Positions 50,846-58,686 of a stretch of 64,000 bases of DNA are shown piece by piece. The DNA is from Gemmatales bacterium (GTDB lineage: Bacteria; Planctomycetota; Planctomycetia; Gemmatales; HRBIN36): assembly GCA_041640595.1 (NCBI GenBank), contig JBEPZY010000003.1, forward strand, positions 1-64,000, written 5' to 3'. The notes under the pieces are model-generated. The model did no database searches and had not been told where the DNA came from. It saw nothing but the letters and a program-made list of their open reading frames with translations. Position numbers and translations under genes: made by a program. The stretch's first letter is position 1; every line of letters begins with the position of its first letter.

Positions 50846-51448
50846 ATGCCGCAGCGGTGCGCTCTATTCGTCGATCGCGACGGTGTGCTGATCGAAGACG
50901 CCGGGTTCATTTCCTCACCGCAACAGGTGCAGCTTTTGCCGGGCGTAGCCGAGGCACTGGCACGGGTCAATCGGTGTGGCGTGCCGGTCATTGTCATCAC
51001 CAATCAGTCGGGCATCGCGCGAGGTCTGCTGAGCGAAAAGGAATTGCAGGCCATTCATGCCCGATTGGACGAATTGCTTGCGATTTCCGGGGCGCGGGTG
51101 GACTGTTACTATTACTGTCCGCATCATCCGGAATTGGGCGAGGGAGAATATCGGCAACGGTGCGGGTGTCGCAAGCCGCAACCAGGCATGTTGCTGCAAG
51201 CGGCGAGAGAATTCGCGCTGGATCTCAGCCATTCGTTTTTCATCGGAGACCGGCTCAGTGACCTTCAGGCCGGGGCTGCTGCCGGGTGTCAAACCATCCT
51301 GGTACGCACCGGTTTGGGGCAACGCTGGCCGGAACCGTTGCCTGCTAGCTCGCTGCGTCTGGCCCTGATTGCGGAGAACCTGAGTCAGGCGGTGGATTTT
51401 TGCCTTCCCTATCTTCTGCATCGGCACTGGCAGTTGCAGGCGGCTTAG
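50846..51448 (+). CDS. gmhB: D-glycero-D-manno-heptose 1,7-bisphosphate phosphatase (HAD IIIA)
   Basis: FVDRDGV, TNQSGIARG, YYCPHHP, CGCRKPQPGM, IGDRLSD. Confidence 0.9.
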   Translation: MPQRCALFVDRDGVLIEDAGFISSPQQVQLLPGVAEALARVNRCGVPVIVITNQSGIARGLLSEKELQAIHARLDELLAISGARVDCYYYCPHHPELGEGEYRQRCGCRKPQPGMLLQAAREFALDLSHSFFIGDRLSDLQAGAAAGCQTILVRTGLGQRWPEPLPASSLRLALIAENLSQAVDFCLPYLLHRHWQLQAA

Positions 51449-52262
51449 AAGGCAGGGCAGGTGAGCCTGGCCCGGTTGTGTCTGCGACACTGGTCGAACC
51501 ACTTGTCGGGCCGTAATGCTTGACGTACCAGCGGATTTGTCGGGCCAGCCCCATCACCATATCCACCTCTTCCCGATTGGGCATAGCTCGGCTCAACAAG
51601 TGCCGTAAACCGTGCCACAGATATTCCGCTCGCTCACCCCAGAGAAAGTGCAGTTCTTCGAGGGCCTGGCGTAGTTGCTGAAACATTCGCTCCAGCACTG
51701 CCAGGGGAGCGGGTTCCCGTGGCGCCACCGGTAATCTACCACCGCTGGCCGCTTGATGTTGCTCATACAAACAAATCGCCACTGCCTGTGCCAGATTCAA
51801 CACCGGATAACTGGCATCTGCGGGAATATGCACCAGATAATGGCAGCGAGTGATTTCCTGGTTCAGCAAGCCGGTTTGCTCGGGGCCGAACACCCAGGCG
51901 ATATTTCCGCTGACGGCCCACTCCCAGGCTCGTTGTGCAGCCTGACGCGGAGTCAGGACCATGTCACGGCGTAACAGGCCACCCACTCGCGCCGACGTGG
52001 CCAAAACCAGGACACAATCGCTGACCGCCTCCGCCAGGTCCGCCACGCTGCGGGCCGATCGCAGCAACGCTTCTCCCTGCGTGGACAGTTTTCGCGCTTC
52101 CAGTTCCAAAGGGTCAGCGTGGGGCCGAACCAGATACAGGTGAGCTAACCCGAAATTCCGCATAATCCGGGCGGTGGCTCCGATGTTGCCGGCAATGCTC
52201 GGCCGCACCAGCACGACACGCATTCGTTCACGCAAGAGCGCCAGCCAGTCGCTTTCGTTCAT
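51345..52262 (-). CDS. TrmJ/LasT family SPOUT RNA methyltransferase
   Basis: GNIGATARIMRNFG, VFGPEQTGL, YPVLNLAQAV. Confidence 0.92.
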   Translation of the reverse strand: MNESDWLALLRERMRVVLVRPSIAGNIGATARIMRNFGLAHLYLVRPHADPLELEARKLSTQGEALLRSARSVADLAEAVSDCVLVLATSARVGGLLRRDMVLTPRQAAQRAWEWAVSGNIAWVFGPEQTGLLNQEITRCHYLVHIPADASYPVLNLAQAVAICLYEQHQAASGGRLPVAPREPAPLAVLERMFQQLRQALEELHFLWGERAEYLWHGLRHLLSRAMPNREEVDMVMGLARQIRWYVKHYGPTSGSTSVADTTGPGSPALPSKPPATASADAEDREGKNPPPDSGSPQSGPDAAS

Positions 52263-52525
52263 GCTTGTGTTCTTTCCCCCGATCGTTGCTCCAATATGCG
52301 TGTCGGCAACCGACTCGCTTTCGTTCGTGCTTCTATCTTCTCAGCGTTTCGCAGGATATGGAAGTGGCAAACCATCCTGCCCACGCAATTGTTGCTTTCA
52401 CCGCTCCGGTTAAGATTTCGCAAAACGGATCGAATCGTGGACTGCTCAATCCTTCCCGTGAATCCATCCGCCGTGGAAACCGTACCGGCAAGGCCACCCC
52501 CGTTCTCGTCAGCGGTCGTTTGTCC

Positions 52526-52635
52526 GTCGCAACTACATTAGCGAATTCCGCCAGTCTCACGGCCAGGTGACTGGGCAACACTTGTCCGAGGAGACATTGT
52601 CGCAACTACATTAGCGAAATCCGGCGGTCTCACGG
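52526..52635. repeat. Two 37-nt direct repeats separated by a unique 36-nt spacer
   Basis: GTCGCAACTACATTAGCGAATTCCGCCAGTCTCACGG (52526-52562) and GTCGCAACTACATTAGCGAAATCCGGCGGTCTCACGG (52599-52635), 3 mismatches. Confidence 0.8.
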
Positions 52636-52708
52636 TCGCCGCTTTCGCCAATGCGTGCATTCGCAACGAACACATCGGTGATATTCAGCCAAGCGTGCGA
52701 CGTGCACC

Positions 52709-53635
52709 AAGAGCGGCGGGCGTCAGCCCGCCGTGGTTCGGTAACGGGTCGCGCTAGCAGAACGAAACGAATGATGTTCGGGGAACGACGACCGCTGAAT
52801 TAAGAGCGGCGGGCGTCAGCCGGCCGTGGTTCGGGAATCGCGCCGGCAACACTGAGCGTTTCTTGCCGAACGAGGATGCTCGCATGCCACGGGGGATTAC
52901 GCCCCCCGCTCTTGGTGGTTCTGCGGTGCGGACATTTGCCGGCGAAACTGCGACTTGTGCGATACACGAACGCTCGTTTGCAGGAGCGGCGGGCGTCAGC
53001 CCGCCGTGGTTCGATAACCGCACCTGCAACGGCGATCGGTTTTCGCGGAGTGATTACGTTCACCACCCACGATCGGATGGTGCGCCACGGCTGGCTTACG
53101 CCAGCCGCTCCTGGTGCACGACGCCGGTCCACTGAAAAATAACGACATTCGCGGTGCACAAACGCACGTTCTACAAGAGCGGCGGGCGTCAGCCCGCCGT
53201 GGTGTGCAAAACCGACCCGGCGCCGTGAGAATCGAGCGTTGTTCAGCAACTAGCGAAACGACTACCGAAACCGGTCGTCGTCAGCCCGCCGTGGTTCGGG
53301 AATCGCGCCGGCAACACTGAGCCTTCTTTGCCGAACGGGGATGCTCGCATGCCACGGGGGGCTTACGCCCCCCGCTCTTGGTGGTTCTGCGGTGCGGACA
53401 TTTGCCGGCGAAACAGCGACTTGTGCGATACACGAACACTCCTTTACAAGAGCGGCGGGCGTCAGCCCGCCGTGGTACGGGAATCGCGCCGGCAACACTG
53501 AGCGTTTCTTACCGAACGAGGATGCTCGCATGCCACGGGGGGCTTACGCCCCCCGCTCTTGTCTTGCAGTGCGCATGTCTGCCGGTGAAAAACAATTTTT
53601 TCGATGCACAAACGCACACGCACAAGAGCGGCCAG
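52709..53635. repeat. Large BIME/REPIN-like mosaic (about 11 REP hairpins; about 180-nt higher-order units)
   Basis: REP-linkerA-inverted REP-linkerB unit at about 52802-52981 recurs at about 53279-53447 and partly at 53448-53633. Confidence 0.95.
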
Positions 53636-53901
53636 CAGGCTGCTGGCGGCGAGGGTGGCGAACCAATGGCACCGATAGTCGCAACCCGATTGGGGCCGGT
53701 GTCGCAGAGCCCAGACGCCTGGGCAATCGCGTTCACCTCAGTTTTTCCGCCGGTGTTCCGACCAACTCAGTCTTTCCGCCGATGTTCCGGTGAGATTGGA
53801 AAAGCCCTTCCGCACGCAACGTTCCCGTCAGCCAATTCATTCGGGGCTGGTTCTTCAAGCCTACAGTGAAAACCGACAAACCTTCCGTGCCAGCGTTCGG
53901 A

Positions 53902-55878
53902 TTAGTCCATGTCTTCCAGTTTCCTGGCCAGCTCCGGGTCCTGCTTGCGAATCTCCTCCAGCAACGGATCGACCAGGTCAACGCGTGTCCGTTCGAATTG
54001 CCACAGAGGCGACGTCAGCAAAGCGTCTCCTAATTTTACGAGCGGATAATTCTGCAACGTACGGAATTGAACTCTCTCCATAGCTTGCCAGCGCTCGAAT
54101 AGGCTTTTGCGTTGCTCTGGCGGTGGGTTTTGGGCTGTCTGGCTGCCGAGCTTCAGACGGGTGAGGGCTTCGCTGGCCTGCTGCCGCACGATGGCAGGTA
54201 CATCGTCGGCACTGGCGAGCGTTTCCAGCATGACGCGAGCGGGCATGTAACCTTCCTTGCGATACAGAATCTCCGCCAGGTGGATGCGGTTTTCAATTTG
54301 AGCGGTCCAGAACATCACTCGCAATTTCGGGAGCAACCGATCGGGCACATCCATGCCTTTTTCAGCCAAAGCCGAGAATACATAACCGGCGGGGATCCTT
54401 GGCAATTTCCCGTTCAGGGCAGACTCAACAAAGTCCAAGTACATCGGGTCGCGCTCGGCGCCTAATTTGCTGAGGACCATCTCCGTTTCCACGGGCGTTA
54501 TGAACCCACTAGTGGTTTTCCATACTTCGTGGAGCTTTTCCAGAATCTTTTTGTCGCCCGTGAAATAGTAGAGCAGAACCAAAACCCGGCCGACATGCGG
54601 ATGCGTACCGCAGTGATTCAACAGGATGCGTAGCAACGGCTCCATTTCTTTCAGGTTCCGGCTTCGTATTTCGTCAAAGAGAGAAACAGTCAAAAAGGTG
54701 ATCATTGAAGGAAATCTTTGCAAAGCTGCCTGAACCTCGGTTACGGCTTCTTTTTCGGGTAAATGTCGAACCAGTATGGCGAGGACCAGAGCTGCCCGCC
54801 GCTCGTCTTTTTCAGTCGCAAGGGCTTTACGCAGGGTGTCCAAATGCGCCTGGTCGAAGGTGCGGGCACGAAGTAAGGGGAGTAATTCTTCATAGCTTAC
54901 ATACCCCTTATTTATCACTGCGGTCTCGATAAACGCCTGGAGCAGCGGCTCGGGAATGGCCGGAAGAAGCATGGCCGCGCTTGCTACTTCGGTTCGATGG
55001 TACGAAAAGATGGGAAACACGAAGCGATACGTGAGGTCGAATTGCTGATCCACGGTCGTCTGCAAAGGCGGTGATCGGTCGAACCACAGGTTGTCTCGGG
55101 AGGTTACCACGTTGCAGAGGAATTTCAGCACCTGGTCGTCCGTCTGACCTGCCAGGAGCAATAATATCGCAGCTTGAACACGCGGCGCGCCCCGATCCTT
55201 GCTGAAAACTTCCCGGACAAGTTTCCAATCCTCTTGTCCCAGACGCTCATAGCAACAGGTCAGCCCGCGCAGCGCTGCTAGCCGTACTGTGGGGTCCGTG
55301 TCAGAGACAGCCTGGCGAAAGCAGTTGAGAACTTTCTCCGATTTCCGACCCGAAAGACGCAACGCTTCCAGGGCAGCCCAGCGCACCACCGGCTCCTGGT
55401 CGCTCAAAGCGGCGTAAAGTCCTGCCGGTACGGGGCGCAGAGGAACCTTGAATGATAACCAGCCCAGGAACCGGCACGCCGCCACTCGCACCATCGGATC
55501 CGGGTCTTGCAATTGCTGCTCAAGTCGCGGAACATGTCGCGCCATTTTCGACGCCGATAGCAGATAGGACGGCGGGTCTCGCCTGATCAGCTGGTTCATG
55601 GCCTCAATCCGCACCCAGGTGTTCGGGTGGTTGAGCAGGAAGTCGAAGTTCTGCACAAGGGCCTCGTGAACCTCCATGCTGTTAACGGAGCGTAAGGCAA
55701 CCAGGGCCTGGTACACCTCGCTGGCGTCCTGGCTGGTAAGTTTTTGCTTCCATTCGGTCAGTGTTCGGCCCCGAATTTGTTGCGGGGGCGAAGGCAACTG
55801 ACTCCACCCAACCTGGATCAGAGAAACAGCGGCCCACACACCGATAAGCAGAGCTACTCGGCGCTGCATGGCGGTCAT
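53902..55878 (-). CDS. Secreted HEAT-repeat protein
   Basis: Signal peptide; LQDPDPMVRVAAC, LSDQEPVVRWAAL, SDTDPTVRLAAL repeats. Confidence 0.88.
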   Translation of the reverse strand: MTAMQRRVALLIGVWAAVSLIQVGWSQLPSPPQQIRGRTLTEWKQKLTSQDASEVYQALVALRSVNSMEVHEALVQNFDFLLNHPNTWVRIEAMNQLIRRDPPSYLLSASKMARHVPRLEQQLQDPDPMVRVAACRFLGWLSFKVPLRPVPAGLYAALSDQEPVVRWAALEALRLSGRKSEKVLNCFRQAVSDTDPTVRLAALRGLTCCYERLGQEDWKLVREVFSKDRGAPRVQAAILLLLAGQTDDQVLKFLCNVVTSRDNLWFDRSPPLQTTVDQQFDLTYRFVFPIFSYHRTEVASAAMLLPAIPEPLLQAFIETAVINKGYVSYEELLPLLRARTFDQAHLDTLRKALATEKDERRAALVLAILVRHLPEKEAVTEVQAALQRFPSMITFLTVSLFDEIRSRNLKEMEPLLRILLNHCGTHPHVGRVLVLLYYFTGDKKILEKLHEVWKTTSGFITPVETEMVLSKLGAERDPMYLDFVESALNGKLPRIPAGYVFSALAEKGMDVPDRLLPKLRVMFWTAQIENRIHLAEILYRKEGYMPARVMLETLASADDVPAIVRQQASEALTRLKLGSQTAQNPPPEQRKSLFERWQAMERVQFRTLQNYPLVKLGDALLTSPLWQFERTRVDLVDPLLEEIRKQDPELARKLEDMD

Positions 55879-55908
55879 TTCCTTTTTCCCGTCTGGCGAT
55901 GGGATTGG

Positions 55909-57588
55909 TTACTGGTTTTTCTGACCCTCAATTTCCCGAATTGCTTCCAACGCTAAAACCCTAATTTGCGTTGCTCTTGGGGCTGTTGGACCCTTTGGGT
56001 CATTCGCGATGCGAGAATCCTCCGTGAAACGTTGCAAGGCTGGCAGAGCTTCCTTGGCGGCTGGACCGAGGTTTCCCAAACCCACAATCGCAGGTGCTAA
56101 TTGCTCCGGGTCGTTCGAGTTGAGTCGCCCGAGGAAAAACGCGAGCAGGTCTGGGTCTTTTTGCTGGGCAAGAACCCAGAGAGCCAGCCTCGCTAGAAGC
56201 CTCTCCTTCGAGTCCGCCAGGGACATTAGACGTCGGCGAATTTCCTGATCCCCGATTCGCACGCCAAGACGTATGCATTCGTTCAGTACAGCCTCTGACA
56301 CCACGCGATTTTGAATAGCCTGTGGCTCCAAAAGTTCCAGTATTAGCTGGCGCAGGAGCGGTGAACGATTCGAAAACTCCAACGCGCAGGCGCCCACGAT
56401 ACCACGGGCAGTGTCGTCTTGCATTTGAGACAGGTTAGCCATCAGGAAGGGGAGTTCGTCCAGTGCGGCTTGAGGGTCTATATCGGCCACGATGCGGATC
56501 AAATATCCTGCACAGGCTAGATCACGCAGCCGCAATCGCAGTTCGCTGGCAGCTATCTTCCAGGGTAACCGACGACAGGCAACGGCTAAGCGGGCGACAT
56601 TTCGGCGGACCTGCGCATCGCCGTCTCTGAGCCCTTCCGCGAGAAGTTTGACCTTTTTTTCTTGATCCAAATCGGCTAACGCCATCAGATAATAGGCTGT
56701 CGATCGCACCTGGGCATCCGCGTCCCGGCAATGCTCGAGGATCGTCTGCAAGGACTGCTGATCGCGGCGGGTGGAATAGCTGGTATAGAAGGCGTACAGC
56801 TGAGCGACTCGCAACGCCTGCTCTTCAGCGTTTGTGTTCAGCCGGACCCAGTCGGCGATTTCCTGGTTTTCGCCGATCAGGCGCAATAAAGCTTCCTGGG
56901 CCGCCCTTTTGGCCTGTATGTCGCTGAAGCGTAAAGCCCGGCACAGAGCCTCGGCAGTTACCCCGCCGCCAGCCGGAACCTGTCCCAGGAGCCGAACGAT
57001 CAGAGCGCTGGTTGGCGAGGACTTCTCGCCAAGATGCTGCGCGAGAAGCTCGGCGGTCTTTTTAGTGTTACGTACCTGGCATCGTTGCAGGGCTTGCAAC
57101 GCCAGTTGTCCAGCCGGCGTGGTCGGGTCACTCACATACTTGAGCAACCGCTTCAGCACTTCGTCCCCGACGACGCCATCTTTACTGCCAGACGCCAGCG
57201 CATCCACGGCCACGAGTATTAGGTGCCGATCCTTGCTGTCGAGTATCTGCACGATGGTGGATTCGGCCTTGGCATCGAGTCCGGTGAGTGGAGCCAGTGC
57301 TCGCACGGCCGCCACACGCACTGCCGGTACGGAATCGTCCACAGCTTCACACAGGGCAGGTACTGCGGGCAAGGCTGCCTTGCCTGCCTGGGCGAGCCGT
57401 TCCGCAGCCTGAGCCCGTTCCAGGGCATTTTTACTTTTCAGGGACTCGATGCTCTGCAAAACCGCTTCTCGGTCCAGTGGTTTCTCTGCTTGTTGGGCCG
57501 GGCAAAGCTGCGTGCCCCAACAGGAAATCAGACACCACCAGGCCAGCCATACCGTGCCGATTTGTAACGCCGGGCCAGGTTGCTTCAT
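55909..57588 (-). CDS. Secreted HEAT-repeat protein
   Basis: GGAGG RBS before ATG 57588; GKAALPAVPAL, DSVPAVRVAA, DADAQVR, GPAAKEALPAL. Confidence 0.85.
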   Translation of the reverse strand: MKQPGPALQIGTVWLAWWCLISCWGTQLCPAQQAEKPLDREAVLQSIESLKSKNALERAQAAERLAQAGKAALPAVPALCEAVDDSVPAVRVAAVRALAPLTGLDAKAESTIVQILDSKDRHLILVAVDALASGSKDGVVGDEVLKRLLKYVSDPTTPAGQLALQALQRCQVRNTKKTAELLAQHLGEKSSPTSALIVRLLGQVPAGGGVTAEALCRALRFSDIQAKRAAQEALLRLIGENQEIADWVRLNTNAEEQALRVAQLYAFYTSYSTRRDQQSLQTILEHCRDADAQVRSTAYYLMALADLDQEKKVKLLAEGLRDGDAQVRRNVARLAVACRRLPWKIAASELRLRLRDLACAGYLIRIVADIDPQAALDELPFLMANLSQMQDDTARGIVGACALEFSNRSPLLRQLILELLEPQAIQNRVVSEAVLNECIRLGVRIGDQEIRRRLMSLADSKERLLARLALWVLAQQKDPDLLAFFLGRLNSNDPEQLAPAIVGLGNLGPAAKEALPALQRFTEDSRIANDPKGPTAPRATQIRVLALEAIREIEGQKNQ

Positions 57589-57860
57589 GATTCGCCTCCG
57601 TAAACTGGTCCGATCGTCTTCCCGATATACTGGAAAAACCTGCCCCGCAAATGTCTCCAGGCAGTCAAAGCCGCCCAGAGCTTGTGCCAGCGCTAACTTT
57701 AGCAAGGCCCGAACCAGTCGGCAACCGTGCACCGGGACTATTACGGAAAGCTTAGACGGCCGACATGCGAACGAGGTTGCCGCGGTCCAAGCGGATTCGC
57801 CAGCCGCTTGCGATCCGGAAAAGAACGAGGGTTCCGCTGCCGCCGGTCATGTGCCGAAGG

Positions 57861-58355
57861 TTACGCGGAATCGGTGGCCGGTGGCGGGGGTTCTGTGCTC
57901 TGGGCCGGTGGACGCGCTTCCACCAGCGTGACGGTAATGCCTTCCTGGACTACCTTGCCGTGCTGGTTGAGCACCTGACGCTGCCAGGTGATCAAGCCTC
58001 TGCGACCGCGGCCTCGAGGTTCCTTAGCCAGCACTTTCGAACGTACCCGCAGGGTATCGCCGATGAACACCGGTTCGCGGAACTGCCAGTCGCGGATGGC
58101 CACCAGTGCCAGGGTACGCATCGGTGGACAATTCACACTCAGGCCACTGGTCAGCGCCAAGGTAAGCAAACCGTGAGCAATCGGCCGGCGAAAAGGGGAG
58201 GTGCGAGCGTACTCGTGATCCATGTGAATGGGATTGAAGTCGCCACTCAATCCGGCAAAATGCACCAGGTCGGCTTCGGTAACGGTGCGGCCTGGGGATT
58301 CCCATTCCTGGCCGACTTCCACATCGTCGAAGTACAGGTGGTAGAAGGCGTACAT
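57861..58355 (-). CDS. MaoC-like dehydratase (hotdog fold)
   Basis: GRTVTEAD, FAGLSGDFNPIH, PIAHG, FREPVFIGDTL, NQHGKVV. Confidence 0.93.
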   Translation of the reverse strand: MYAFYHLYFDDVEVGQEWESPGRTVTEADLVHFAGLSGDFNPIHMDHEYARTSPFRRPIAHGLLTLALTSGLSVNCPPMRTLALVAIRDWQFREPVFIGDTLRVRSKVLAKEPRGRGRRGLITWQRQVLNQHGKVVQEGITVTLVEARPPAQSTEPPPPATDSA

Positions 58356-58569
58356 GGCCTGACCCCACCGCGTCGTCGCTATCGGTCTGGGTAATTGCGG
58401 GCGATTCGCTCGTCGAAAAACACAGCCTCGCGGCTTTCGGGCAGTTGCGGATCACCTGCTACGGATCAGGAACTAGCGAGTAAGGGCAAGGCAGGACAGG
58501 GGGCCGGCTGCGCGAAAGGTGACACAGGCGAGCACAGACCAATTATGCTGGGTCATCTACTGCCGGCGT

Positions 58570-58676
58570 ACATTCCAGCCCGCCGCTTACCCGCCCGGCA
58601 GTCTGCCGTCGCACGATGACGTCATGAGGCGTTAGCTTGGGCCGACATTCCAGCCCGCCGCTTACCCGCCCGGCAG
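58570..58676. repeat. Perfect 32-nt direct repeat pair with 43-nt spacer
   Basis: ACATTCCAGCCCGCCGCTTACCCGCCCGGCAG at 58570-58601 and 58645-58676. Confidence 0.9.
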
Positions 58677-58686
58677 AGGGACATGC

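Noticed and set aside
52754..53869. ORFs across the REP mosaic (also 33744-34368 and 19619-20444)
   Set aside because: They are translations of repeats (ERRASARRG / HGGLTPAAL) with no independent coding evidence.
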